Positions 25,326 to 37,926 are shown, counted from the stretch's first letter. The stretch: 64,000 bases of DNA from Blepharisma stoltei ATCC 30299 (GCA_965603825.1 CBFDEM010000049.1:1-64000); one strand, 5' to 3'. Notes: generated by a model from the letters alone, not told the origin. Numbers and translations: made by a program.

Positions 25326-25800
25326 TAATTTAAAACTACTATTTAATGGCTAGGTTTAGATTGATTTTTTTGAATTGAAGTAAAGAGAAAGCTAAAAAAT
25401 ATTTTTTGTGTTTTTAGGATATGAGAAGACATTTTTATTTGGAAACAAAAAATGGTCAGATTTTGGGATTTATAAAAATGATAGACTTGTATGTTTCATT
25501 TCTGTATAATGATTTTTGGTAAATAAAAAAATAGAAATTATAGCGTGGGTAAATAGAAATTTTTGACTGTATATAACATTGAGGAGTATTGTATATTTTT
25601 GAAGGAAGATAAGAATTTTGTAAAATTAAGATGGAATTTTTCAATCACTATCAATTGCAATTTCTGAAGTCAAATTAAGTGTATAATTGATATTGGGCTA
25701 TTTCTAAAGCATTTTATTGGAGCAGTTTTGAGTACTTTTAAATTTAATCGTTTTATTGTCCAGTTAATTTAATAATAATTTATTTAGCACATGATTTATA

Positions 25801-27099
25801 ATGTGCAAATTAAATTATTTCATCAGTCTTTCTCTTGTTCTCGGCACGCTTTTCCAGCCTGAACAAATTCATCTTTCTTGAACTGAGAACGAAAATGAAA
25901 TGCGAGCCACCTGGGTAAATTTCCTAAACCTTGAGACTTTTATCAGATATCGCCCAATTTTATGCTCAGATATTATTCCTGACTGACTTTCAGCCCCATC
26001 TTCTTGCACTCCTTTCAATGCAGGCGAAATCATATACCGTCTCCAGTACATCTACACATCGGTAATCCCAAATTTAAGACCAGAATGCTTTTATGAGTAT
26101 TTTATCGAAACTTCAATGACCCAAAGCGAAATTTATATGTTCAGTGGGAGAACTCCAGATGCCTCAGAACCATACCAAGATGCCAAAAATCCATTATCAA
26201 TGGTGGTCTATGGGGACTTAGGAATTGGGAAAAACTCGCTTTTTGTGAAAAATAGTCTTATGCAGGAAATCAAGGTCAGGGATTTTTTGGGGATTATTCA
26301 TATGGGAGATATCGCTTATGATATGCATGAGGACGACGGGATGGTCGGGGATAGGTTTTTAAACTCAATACAAGACATATCAGCAAACTTCGCTTACATG
26401 GTTTTGCCTGGAAACCATGAATTAAAGCATAATCTAACCCATTACCGCACCAAATTCAAAATGCCTTTAAATTCTGCTAATGATGGAACAAGTTTTTTTT
26501 ACTCTTTTAACTTAGGGGCAGCTCATTTTATTATGATTAACACTGAAATGTATATTTCAGACCACCCTGACCAAATTTTGACACAATATAACTGATTGAA
26601 AAAAGACTTAGAAATCGCTAACCAGAACCGACAAGCTTTTCCTTGGATTTTTGTATTTACCCATCGGCCTTTGTACTGCTCTTTAATTGAATTTTCTGAA
26701 TGCACCAGCGAGGCTGAGATATTGAAGTCTGCTTTAGAAGGGCTATGACATGAATATGCTGTGGATATCATGTTTGAGGCTCATAATCATTATTATGAAA
26801 GGTGCACGCCAATATATAAAGATAGAGTTGTAAAGAGCGAGTATGATGATTTTAATACCCATTATAATGCAAATGCAACTTTGTATATTATTAGTGGAAA
26901 TGGAGGAAATAATGAAGGCCATAATGATCCTATTCCAGAAGTTTGACAAGATTGGACTTTAGTTATGACTGATGAGTATGGGTATGGGAAGCTTGATGTC
27001 TTAAACAAAACTCATGTACATTGAACACAATATGGAGCTGTTAGTGGAGATATGGTAGACCATGTATGGCTTATAAAAAATAGACTAAGATTTTATTAA
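25801..27099 (+). CDS. Secreted purple acid phosphatase (ACP7-like), PAP1, 432 aa
   Basis: Signal peptide, PEQIHLS(W), GDLG, GDIAY, GNHE, THRP, AHNHYYER; single frame with several TGA-Trp. Confidence 0.94.
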
Positions 27100-27546
27100 T
27101 TATAGAAAAAATACTATGAATTGCATTTTACATTGAATTTAGCTTTTGGCATTGAATTTTTTAAATAAGAATCACTTTATAAATTATTTTTTTTCTCATG
27201 TATTTATGAAACGAAAATGGAAGTGAATATGCTTGGAAAAGAATTGAAAAGCCAAGAATTCTAAAAGCGGTTCAAGCGTATTGCAAACATAATAAAAGAT
27301 CAGTTTATATTAGATATGCTGATGGACACAGAGAATTTTAAATAAATCAGTGTAAAAACCTTTTTTTAGGTAAACAGATTAGCACTCAAGATTTTTTGCT
27401 GTTAACCCAGGAAAAAATTACGTTTTTTTATTTTGGGGAGTTAGTACATGAGGAAGACAAAGAAAATTAAGTATGGTGTAATAATATATCAAATGTATAT
27501 ATATAATCCCCAATTAAAATCATTAAGTTTAATAGATGCCAGCTAA

Positions 27547-28956
27547 TTATAGCGCTATTTGACTAAAATCATAATCTTTCAACTGTTTTATAAAGCCAGA
27601 ATTCGGGCGCACGATTCGTCTTTTGTGTTTAATTAAATTTCAAGCTGATTCTATGCTCTCTTTTTGAGCTGCAATTATATAGGCTAAAATAATTGTTGGA
27701 CTTCTTGAAATACCTTTATAGCAGTGAACCAATACTTTTTCATTTGATAGTAATATATTGTGAATGAATTTTATTGCTTCAGGGAAATACTGAGAAATAT
27801 TTTCTTTTTCACTATCTTTTACAGGAATAATATGGTAGTTTATATCAGGAAGTTTTTGAACATCCTCATTGTATAAAACGCGAACTATATTTCGAATTCC
27901 TTTCTTTTTCAATTCTTCAACATCTTGGGCCGCTTCGCCTTCCTTTATTCGGCTTTCTCCTGGTACTTTCCTTTGAATGTGGTGTTTTTTGCGTTCTCCT
28001 GAATAAGATATAAAAAGAAAGTCGCCAACGGCTTTGTCATCTTTAAACTTGCCTTTATATAGGCCTTCTCCTTTTATTTCAAGAGTCCCGAATCCTGATT
28101 TTTTGTAATTAGCAACATATCCTTTGTAGATATTTCCATTTTTGTACTTTAATGTTCCTTTTCCTATAGCTGAGTTATAAAGAAAGGTGTCAATATACTG
28201 TGTCCCATTTGAGAGTACCATTCACCCTTTTCCATGATGCATCAAATATTTAAAGAACCCATAATATGAGTATTCATCACTTCAGCTTCTAGCAAGTCCG
28301 TGAGGTCTGTCGAATTGAAATTGCCCGTCCCAATGGATATTACGAGTATTCCATTGGTGCCCAAACCCATGGCAACGGTCATCTTTTCAATCTCCTTCAT
28401 AGCATTTGCCCTTGGGATAGCGAATAAAACCTTTTCCATGCCTATTCCCGTAAACTCAGTCGCCAACATAAAGCAAGCCAAGGTTATTTATCTTTCTTCC
28501 TTTGCCATGATGCTCGCCATCATACCAGTCGCCTTCATAAATATATTTGGAGTCTTCTTCCATGCAAATTCAAATGCCACGCCCATTAGGAATTCTTTTC
28601 TCGTTAATTTCTCCCAAATATGTCTCATCTACTCCAGCTTTCGTGGGCTTGATTCAAGAGGGCCCTATATCTTCAGCTTTAAAGTACATTCCGTTATCTT
28701 CAAGCTCCTGATAGATTTCGTCACAGATCTTTGCACCAAAGTAAGCTTTGAAAGCTTTAAAATTTGTTGCTATTTGAACTATAGATTTAGGTTTGTTTTG
28801 TTTGATATGTTTACGAGCCAAATACCCTCTGATAAAGGCTTGAACATAGACAAGTTGACAACTTGATCCCAAATTGAACTTTTCTATTCTATCTTGCAGT
28901 AATGTGAGATCACTGCTAACCTGATCATTTGCATCATTGCTTGCACAGCTATCCAT
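27547..28956 (-). CDS. IQ-motif + MORN-repeat + dual-specificity phosphatase fusion, 469 aa
   Basis: VQAFIRGYLARK (IQ); YEGDW..HGKG repeats (MORN); VHCYKGISRS catalytic loop and RPNSGFIKQL. One frame from ATG 28956 to TAA 27547 with TGA=Trp. Confidence 0.88.
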
Positions 28957-29151
28957 TTTATTATCTAGAGTTGCTTATTTAAAGTTGGCTTAAATTTAAT
29001 AATTATTATGATAAAAATGAATAAAAACTTAAAAGAAAAAATGAGCATTAAGTCTTGTGTAATCTAAAGTTAAAATGCTAATTCATAAAATCTCTTAATT
29101 TTTTATATAATCTTGTTCAAAAAATATTAATCAATTTCTTATCAATTATTA

Positions 29152-29385
29152 ATGTTAGCCTTTTTTCTATTCGAGTTCGTCCTCTTTCTAAACCTCACTT
29201 TTGTAAATGGGGGGTCTACAAGCTTGAACAAATCAGAATTTCTAACCGAGAGCAACGGAGAAATGTTGTCACCTGGGTCTCATACATCAATGTGGACTCA
29301 TTTGTCGTATATCGTCCTGTTCTCTGTCCAAGTGCAGATACAAGTTGGAAGACGATCCAAGGGACACCCCAAGCTTTTAAAAAGG
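29152..29385 (+). pseudogene. 5' fragment of a PAP2-type phosphatase
   Basis: Colinear with 32233-32470 and its upstream region; frameshifted and truncated. Confidence 0.85.
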
Positions 29386-29414
29386 GCATTGGGTTTTTTT
29401 AAAGTAATTTAATG

Positions 29415-29578
29415 CAGCAGTTTTTGGTACTTTTAAATTTAATCGTTTGTTTGCCTAGGCAATTTAATAATGCTTCATTATGCTCATGATTTATAATGAG
29501 TAAATTAAATTATTTCATTGGCATTTCTCTTGTTCTCGGACGCTTTTCTAGCCTGAACAAATTCATCTTTCCTGAACT
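29415..29578 (+). pseudogene. Upstream region + 5' fragment of a PAP1-type phosphatase
   Basis: Colinear with ~25721-25884 (ATG 29496); frameshifted and truncated after PEQIHLS(W)T. Confidence 0.8.
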
Positions 29579-29899
29579 TAGGAACAGGCACAATGCTTAC
29601 TCCCCCAATTCATATCTCATTTATTGATTATGGTACTATAATCTTTTCAATAGACTTTATTGCATGAGCTACTTTACCAGATGCCTATATTTGATGAAGC
29701 AAATATTTCATTTGTTGTTAGTAAATATTCAAGACAGTTAAAGTTTGATACTAGGATAAAATATTTTCAGTGTTAATTCCTCACTATTCGTGGCTATATA
29801 CCTCGCTTATTCGGTAATAAATACTAAATACACCAGCTTTCTGTCTCAAATAGCCATAGTAGCACATTGAAGAGAATTTTGTTGACTTATTTGGGTAAA

Positions 29900-30110
29900 T
29901 TTTAAAATTTATTTTTATGCTTCCTTGCTTTTTTAACTTCCAGAACTCCAAGTCCTGAATTTTTGTAATTAACTGCATCCCTTTATAGATATCCCCAGTT
30001 CTGCATTATATTTTACCTTTACAACAATCAGTGATCAGGAAGCTTTCAATATTGTCTATTTGAGCAAGGCCTTTCCATATATTTTTAATGGAATGCTATT
30101 CATTACTTTC
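29900..30110 (-). pseudogene. Heavily decayed third MORN-DUSP remnant
   Basis: KGKI*CRTGDIYKG / NYKNSGLGVLEVKKQG matches KGTLKYKNGNIYKGYVANYKKSGFGTLEIKGEG of the intact gene. Confidence 0.55.
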
Positions 30111-30495
30111 AAAAACATTACAGATTATAATAGATAAAGATAGCAAAATTTACTTTAAGCCCCCTTTAGGGGGGTAGCATTTTGATAAATAAAATGAGCA
30201 TCGAAGAAGAAAACTAACTCCTCAGAGTCTGCAAGAAGTTGATAGCAGCACGAGAAATGAAAGTTTGAGCTCTCCAGGATTATCTGATATATATAGCAAC
30301 TCAGGAAAAACAGACCTGGAAATGTCTCACCTGGAGAGTCCATTAAAAGACTAAAGTAATAGAATAGCAGCATAGAATCATCAATCGACTATCACAAGGG
30401 AAGTAGACATAAAAGAAGTGCAAGCGAACTAATAGGCAAGAAAAAGAAGATACTCAATCCTGGATGGCACAGACCAAAAACAAAAAGCTACGAGC

Positions 30496-30536
30496 CAACA
30501 TTTGGCTCAACAGTTTGGCTCAACAGTTTGGCTCAA
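30496..30536 (+). repeat. 13-bp tandem repeat CAACAGTTTGGCT x3
   Basis: Directly visible; the first unit lacks one G. Confidence 0.85.
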
Positions 30537-30741
30537 TTTCAAATAAAGAAGTAATGATTTTTATATAGAAGAAGAAAAGCCAAAAACCCTAAAATCGGTT
30601 GGACTAATGCAATATAACACAATAAAACTTCCTCAATCAAATTTAATATTAAACTTATAAAAATATTTTATAAAATAAAAATTAATATATCATTATTTGC
30701 ATGAAATTTATAGTTGAAGCATAATTAGATGCCATATTTAA

Positions 30742-31997
30742 TTACAACGCTATTTTACTGAAATCATAATCCTTCAGCTGCTTTATAAAGCAATTATTTG
30801 GGCACACAATTGGTCTTTTGCGTTTAATTGAATTTCAAGCTGATTTTAAGCTCTCCTTTTGAGCAGCAATTATATATGCCAATACAATTGTTGGGCTTCT
30901 TGATATTCCTTAAAGCAGTGAACCAACACTTTTTCATTAGATTGCAATGCATTGTGAATGAGTTTTATTGCTGCAGTAAAATACTGAGAAATGCTTTCTT
31001 TTTCACTATCATTTGCAGGGATAATGTGGTAGTTTATATCAGGGATTTTTTGAGCATCCTCATTGCATAAAACACGAACTATATTTCGAATTCCTTTCTT
31101 TTTCAGTTCTTCAGCGATTTGGGTTGCTTCTGCACTTCCTAAATATAACTTTGGCAAATTTTCCATGAAAAATACAAATTTACCTTGATTTGCGGTAAGC
31201 TTTCTGCATTCTCCTGATTAAGATATAAAAAGAAAGTTGCCAATGGCTCTATAAACCTACCTTTATATCAGCCTTCTCCTTTTATTTCAAGACTACCGGA
31301 TCCTGATTTTTTGTAATTAGCAGCATGTCCTTTCTAGATATTTCCATTTTTGTCCTTTAATGCTATTTTTCCTATAGCTGAGTGCAAAAGGAAGGTGCCA
31401 ATTACAGCATTCCATTTGAGATTACGATTCACCCTTTTCCATGCTGCATACCTTTTTTAAAGAATCCATAATATTAGTATTCATCACTTCAGTTTCTGGC
31501 AAGTCCGTGAGGCGTGCCAAATTGAAATTGCCAAACCCAATGGTAAGCCATGATATTGGCCATCATGCCAGTCGCCTTTATAAATACATTTGGAGTCTTG
31601 TTCCAGGCAAATTCTAATGCCACGCCCATTAGGAATTCTTTTCTCGTTAATTTCTCCAAATATATCTCATCTGCTCCCCCTTCCGTGAGCCTGATTCAAG
31701 AGGGCCCTATATCTTCAGCTTTTAAGTAAATTCCGTTACCTTCAAGCTCCTGATAGACTTCGTCACTGATCTTTGCACCAAAGTAAGCTTTGAAAGTTCT
31801 GAAATTTGTTGCTATTTGAACTATAGATTAGGTTTGTTTTGTTTGGTATGTTTACGAGCCAAATACCCTCTGATAAAGGCTTGAGCATAGACAAGTTGAC
31901 AACTCGACCGCAAATAGAATTTTTCTATTCTATCTTTTAGTGATGGAAGATCACTGCTAATCTGATTATTTGCATCATTGCTTGCACAGCTATCCAT
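30742..31997 (-). pseudogene. Pseudogene copy of the IQ-MORN-DUSP gene
   Basis: Colinear with 27547-28956; internal MORN deletion near 31545, stops, and a frameshift in the catalytic loop (HCFK/EYQ). Confidence 0.9.
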
Positions 31998-32232
31998 TTT
32001 ATTATCTAGCGTTGCTTATTTAAAGTTGCATAGGCTAAAATTTAATAAAAATAATTTCTACGATATAAATGACTAAAACTTAAAAGGAAAAACGAAAATT
32101 AATATAATTAAGTCTTATTTAATCTAAAAAATATTTGTACTAATTTTAAAAGTTAAAATACTAATTCATAAAATCTCTTAATTTTTTATATTGGTTTCAA
32201 AAAATATTAACCTAATTTCTTATCAATTATTA

Positions 32233-33552
32233 ATGTCTAACCTTTTTTTTCTATTCCAATTCATCCTCTTCCTAAACCTCACTCTTGTAAACGCGGGGAT
32301 CTACAAGCCTGAGCAAATCAGAATTTCCTGAACCGAGAACAAGGGAGAAATGCGTGTCACCTGGGTCTCATACATCAGTGTAGACTCATTTGTCGTATAT
32401 CGTCCAGTTCTCTGTTTAGGTGAAGACACAACTTGGAAGACGATCCAAGGGACTTCCCAAACTTTTAACGAAGGCGAAATTGTGGTGAAGTTCCAATACA
32501 TATATACCGCTGTCATGAATAACCTTAATAGTGAATGCAGCTATGAATATTATATAAGAAATTCCATAACAGAAAGTGAAATTTATATGTTTAGCGGTCG
32601 GACTCCAGAGACAAGTCCACCCTATTTAGAGACCAAAAGACCTTTATCAATGATTGTTTTCGGTGATTTAGGGATTGGGACCAATGCAATGGCAGTAAAG
32701 GACATTTTACTCCAAGAAGCCAAGCTCAGAAATTTTTTAGGGATTATTCATATGGGAGATATCGCTTATAATCTCGATCAAGACGACGGAACTACAGGTG
32801 ACGGCTTTTTGAATATTATTCAACCTTTGGCTGCAAACTATGCGTATATGGCAATAATTGGAAACCATGAAGGTTACAATAATTCTACTCATTTTAGGAC
32901 TAGATTCAAAATGCCAGTAAACCAAGACAACCAAGGATCTGGCTATTTCTATTCTTTTAATATAGGGCCAGTCCATTGGATAGTTATAAGTACTGAAGTT
33001 TATATAGACAACACCAAAAAAGCATCAGCAGAAATCCAAACTAATTGACTGAAAAAAGACTTAGAAGCTGCTAATAAAAATAGAGAGAATTTTCCATGGA
33101 TTTTTGTCCTTACCCACCATCCTCTTTATTGTTCAACACACTCTGCTGTTACTTGTGGGTCTGAAGCTGAGCTATATCAGAGCATTTTAGAAGATATTTT
33201 ATATGAAAATTCAATAGATATTATGCTACAAGCCCATGTCCATAGCTATGAAAGAGACAAGCCAATCTATAAGAACTTGACTGTAAAAAGTGACTATGAT
33301 GACAAACATACACACATCAATGCAAAAGCCCCATTATATATTTTAAGTGGAAATGCAGGGAATAGAGAAGGCCATAATGAGCCTTTGCCACCTACTTATA
33401 AGGATTGGGGAGTATATATGGCTGATGACTTTGGGTTTGGAAAATTATTTGTTTATAATGAGACACATGTGTTGTGGACCCAGTATAGCGCGACGCTTAT
33501 GAAGGTTGATGACTATGTTTGGCTCATAAAAGATCAGCCTAGATATAATTAA
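32233..33552 (+). CDS. Secreted purple acid phosphatase (ACP7-like), PAP2, 439 aa
   Basis: Signal peptide, PEQIRIS(W), GDLG, GDIAY, GNHE, THHP, AHVHSYER; two TGA-Trp. Confidence 0.94.
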
Positions 33553-33582
33553 TTTTCTTATATAAAAAATAAGTTCATAAGA

Positions 33583-34419
33583 ATGCTTCCTATAGCTGCC
33601 AGATCTTTTTCAAAAACGACTAAAATATGCGATTTAAGCTGGCTTTTTAAGGCGGATAAGCTAAGCCCATCATTTATTAAAGCTGTAGATTCAATGCCAG
33701 AATATAAATTAGAGCTTGAAAATTTTTCGAGGGGTTTTGTATGGAAAAGAGGAGATATTGAGTTTCAGATTTTTGATAAAAATCAGCTTCAAGGGTATAG
33801 GGAAATCATTGCACAATGCTTTGCGTATCATTCTGCTTTTAAAAAGTATGTGGATTTTTCATATGAGGAATGAAGGGATTATGTATTGCCAGAACTTGCA
33901 GAGCAAACTGATTTTTTGAAATTCAGTGTAGCTGCAAGAGTAAAGGGAGAACTAGCTGGAGTGCTATATTCTATGTCGTGGGCATCAAGACCTCAATTTC
34001 CTGTTTATTTAAAGCCAAATTCAAAAGAGGTTTGAGAAAAGTTAAAGAATTTTGCACAACTTATTAATAAAAGCATTCCATTTAACTTTGGCGAGCCTGA
34101 TAGAAGTGGGAAATTATCGCAAGGAACTTTAGACCGCAGTTCAGTTCTTTATTTGGCAGATGTTGGGGTATTGCCTGAATTCAATGGAAAAAATTTATCT
34201 TATGATTTAATGTTTTTATCAGCTTCACTTGGATATCTGTATGAACTAAGGTATGCAATGGCTGTGAGCTTCGACGTAAGGTCATCTTTTATTCAAAAAT
34301 TAGGTGGAGTCTCATTTAAGCCAATTTATTTTAAAGACTGTGAGGTTGAAGGAATAAAACAATACCCTGTTGCAGTTGAAGGAGAAGGAGTATCATGCTT
34401 ATTTTTGAATATGTCATAA
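33583..34419 (+). CDS. GNAT-fold acetyltransferase-like protein (AANAT-like), possible mitochondrial presequence
   Basis: ORFs 33583 and 34153 joined by two TGA codons; GELAGV and YLADVGVLPEFNGKNLS resemble GNAT motif A. Confidence 0.6.
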
Positions 34420-34479
34420 TACTCAAATGGATTATAAATTATTTTGAAAATCAGATTAAAATGATTGTTTATTAAAACT

Positions 34480-35280
34480 ATTCATTTAATTCTTTTAAAT
34501 CTTCTCTCCAGCTTCGAGTAATCTCATCTATTTTTAATTTTTTCTTGGTAATATCTTTTGTCGCCGCGTCTCATTTTTTAGAAGAATTAACACACTATAA
34601 TCTTTGCTTTCTTCTGATCTCTTTAGTTCTTTATTTTCCTCAGTATCAATTTTTCTTTAATATTTAAAATCCAGATCTTTGGGTGCTCATTATTGCTCTC
34701 CTAGAGCTTTTATTCAAAATTCTTCTTTTTGTTTATCGATTTTATTCATATTCTTTTAGCTTTCATAATAGTTTCTTTTATGTCGTGAATATCTTTAGGG
34801 GATTTGAATTGCTTTTATTATATTTTGAGCTAACGGATTTCTTAGAAACAGTTGCTTTTTTTCCTTTTGATCTTGACCCTTAATATACCTTTATAATAGC
34901 TTAAAATTTTCCACTGTCAATATAATTTTTCCGATTTCTTGTGATTAATTTTAATTTCTTCCATGTTTAAAAAGGTTTTCTTTTTGCGCTAATTATTGCA
35001 ACTACCTGAATATTCGACTCTAAGGGCTTGCTTTTTTGTTTAAATTTTCAATGTCTAACTCGATGCATCATGTCACAGTAAATTTTGCTTTATTTCTTTT
35101 GAAATTGTTTTTAACGATTCTTCTAACTAATTTCGAAGATTGTAGATTTGCTCAAAGAAGTTACTCACAATTACTATCCCAACTCCTAAGGATGTCAAAG
35201 CAGAGTAGCTGTACCTTGCTGGCAAAATTATGCTGCAATTTTGTCAATTACTTGATTGTGTATTTTTTGATGATATAATA
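34480..35280 (-). pseudogene. Decayed coding remnant
   Basis: Protein-like K/E-rich frames (..ATKDITKKKLKIDEITRSWREDLKELNE*) interrupted by many TAA/TAG. Confidence 0.3.
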
Positions 35281-36159
35281 ATCTATTTGTTTATAAAAAA
35301 TGTTTAAATTTAACTTATATGTCACTATGTGAATAAGCAGAGATTTCAAGCCTTAATCAATAATAGCTGAATTGCAGTTTTAAACTTTGAATATTATAAT
35401 TAGAATACTAAATATTATTTAACTTTACAAATAAAAACATTAAAACTCCATAAGGGCACTGCATATTTTGATGACTGGGTGAATGCTGATGGAATGCATT
35501 AATTGTAAAAAATTATTAATAGTCACCGCGAAAAGGGATTTATAATTAAAAATTGATGAAGATTGCGAGCTTTTAGTCAAATTTGACAGGTTGGGGATAA
35601 ATTCATTCTCAGCTTGAATAACTAAGTGTTATTTAAAAGGCTTTAATATTTTCTTAAATAAATCCTAGATTTTGAATTGGCATTAAATCAAAAAATAGCT
35701 CTGTATCTGGCATAACCAAAAGAAATTTATTTAATAATAATTAAATTCTTTTATCCCAAGCGTTACCTATCCCCACTTGCTTCTCAATTTGAGTGTTTAA
35801 ATTATTAATATAAAAAACTCCTTCTAATTTATTGCTCTAAATCTAAATAATTCAATAATTTTATAAAAAAAAGCAATTATCCCAAAAAAACCACAATAAT
35901 AAAATAATTTAAGCTTTGGGATCAATCTTAACCTAAATCAAGCTTCAAGAATAATCAATTTTAATTTTCAAGCAAAATCACATGCCTTATTTATTTTATT
36001 TAAATTAATATAAATAATAGATTTTCTATCAAAATAATTCCCATTATTGCCTGAAAGTCTAATCAAAGCTACCAAAAATAGTTTAATGAAAATTCATCTC
36101 TCAATACCTCCTAGCTTATTAATTTTTTGCATATAAATTGTTGTTAGAAGTTAAGATAA

Positions 36160-36894
36160 ATGGCCGAACAGTTAAAAATTAACGTTCCTATAACAAATTT
36201 TACAATTGATTTCAGAAGAAACTGCAGATCGGCAAGTGCTATAAAGCGGAGCGAAACAAAAAGAAGCCTATTAAACTCCTCACAAAAGCTGAACAGAAGT
36301 TTGCACAAGTTTAGCAGAGCTATATCAATAGACCCAAGGCAGTTTAGGTCAAAATCTTATAACTCAACTCCTCCAGAGCCTTTAAGACCAGAGTGTTGGA
36401 GACAACCGTCAGCGAAAATAATGGCAAGCAGTAACAAAAAAGAGCAAAAAGAAACAAACCTTCAATCTTTATTATCAAGCACGACAAATCTAATGAGAAA
36501 ATACACTTGTCTAGGAAATAAAGTCAGCTTTACTCCATTAAGCAACACAATGAAAAAAAGCAACATAAAATACATAGAAAATCTGTGCAATGTGACGATG
36601 AAAGAATTAGAAAAAAGGGACAAACTGAAAATAAGCATAGCACAGCAGTTAATAAGGATGAATAAAATAAAAGAGAATTATAATGATAATGGAAGCTTGA
36701 GGGAAGAAAATTGTAATATTTTGCATTCACACTTTGGAAGGGATAGTCCAATGGTATTTGTTTCAAGAAAGTCGCAGACAAGGAGTACAAGGAACATTAC
36801 AAGGGGGAATCTAAATTTTCAATTGAAAAGTAAACTGAGGATTTCTGGGGAAAATGAAAAATTTGGGGAACTGCATCAATTGGATAATTTATAA
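36160..36894 (+). CDS. Hypothetical basic protein, 244 aa
   Basis: Uninterrupted ORF with AT-rich ATG context and TAA stop. Confidence 0.65.
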   Translation: MAEQLKINVPITNFTIDFRRNCRSASAIKRSETKRSLLNSSQKLNRSLHKFSRAISIDPRQFRSKSYNSTPPEPLRPECWRQPSAKIMASSNKKEQKETNLQSLLSSTTNLMRKYTCLGNKVSFTPLSNTMKKSNIKYIENLCNVTMKELEKRDKLKISIAQQLIRMNKIKENYNDNGSLREENCNILHSHFGRDSPMVFVSRKSQTRSTRNITRGNLNFQLKSKLRISGENEKFGELHQLDNL

Positions 36895-36981
36895 ATCTGC
36901 AAGTGAAGCTGTTAAAATAATTATTAATCTAAGCTGATTTATATAGTGTAATAGCCAATTAACTTATTTTATTGCAAGAAT

Positions 36982-37333
36982 TTATATAATAGCTTGCCAA
37001 TTCGGTTCTATGATTTCTACTAAGCCGCGCCCTTTCCCTTTCTTTGCTGCGTCAAGCTGATGAATCCTTTTGTCCTCTTCCCAAACGTCAGATTCGTAGC
37101 TCATACTATTTCTATCGCTTGGTAAGGGCTCACTATGAGGTCTTCTTTCAGATATTGGTGTTCCGCAGTCAGTTGTTGAACTAGCCTCGCTGACGCTTCT
37201 CATAGGTTACTTAGATACTGTAAAGCGATGTATATGAAAATCCAGAAATCTGAGAGAAAGGAGTTGTCGCTGAATGTGAGCTTTGATGTGAATTCTCACT
37301 GTTTGAACTGTCTCTTTCTTTTTGGCTCTCCAT
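36982..37333 (-). CDS. Small Ser-rich hypothetical protein, structure unresolved
   Basis: ATG 37333 (MESQKERDSS..) stops after 40 codons; ORF 36982-37203 follows in another frame, and no canonical tiny intron joins them. Confidence 0.35.
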
Positions 37334-37465
37334 TTAATATTATAAGAACGCGCAAAAAATGGATTTTAGTTAAGTAAATTAAATTTTTAGATTAGACTGT
37401 TATACAACTGGTATGAAAATTTCTGTGTCAAAAAAATACGAAATTCTATGTAAAAAATAATATAA

Positions 37466-37926
37466 TTAATAAAATCTTAGTCTAATTTTTATAAGCCACA
37501 ATGATCTACCATATCTCCACTAACAGCTCCATATTGGTTCAATGCACATTGTTTTGCTTAAGAAATCAAGCTTCCCATATCCATACTCATCAGTCATAAC
37601 TAAAGTCCAATCTTGTCAAACTTCTGGCATAGGATCATAATGACCTTCATTGTTTCCTCCATTTTCGCTAATAATATAAAAAATTGCATTTCCATTATAA
37701 TGGGCATTAAAATCATCATACCCGCTATTTACAGCTCTATCTTTATATACTGGCCTGCACCTTTCATAATAATGGTTTTGAGCCTTAAGCATGATATCTA
37801 CAGCATATTCATGCCATAGCCCTTCTAAAGCTGACCTCGATATCTCAGCCTCACTGGTGCATTCAGAAAATTCAACTAAAGAGCAGTACAAAGTCCGATG
37901 GGTAAATGCAAAAATCCAAGGGAAAG
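37466..37926 (-). pseudogene. Inverted 3' fragment of a PAP1-type phosphatase
   Basis: Reverse complement matches ~26636-27100; small deletions and degraded metal ligands (AQNH for AHNH). Confidence 0.9.

Noticed and set aside
28300-28866. 188-aa + strand ORF and similar antisense ORFs (e.g. 19006-19293, 24538-24840, 61125-61499)
   Set aside because: Shadows of well-supported genes on the opposite strand.
30131-30143. TAGATAAAGATAG resembling the retroelement tail
   Set aside because: Too short and low-complexity in an AT-rich genome; no upstream hairpins or homology.
4478-34419. Aminotransferase, 2OG oxygenase and GNAT as a pheromone (blepharismone) or pigment biosynthetic cluster
   Set aside because: The genes are 13-15 kb apart with unrelated genes between; no IDO, PKS or other pathway marker is present.
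37195-37209. GTAACCTATGAGAAG as a 15-nt intron
   Set aside because: Lacks the position-10 A and does not remove the upstream TAA or link ATG 37333 to the downstream ORF.
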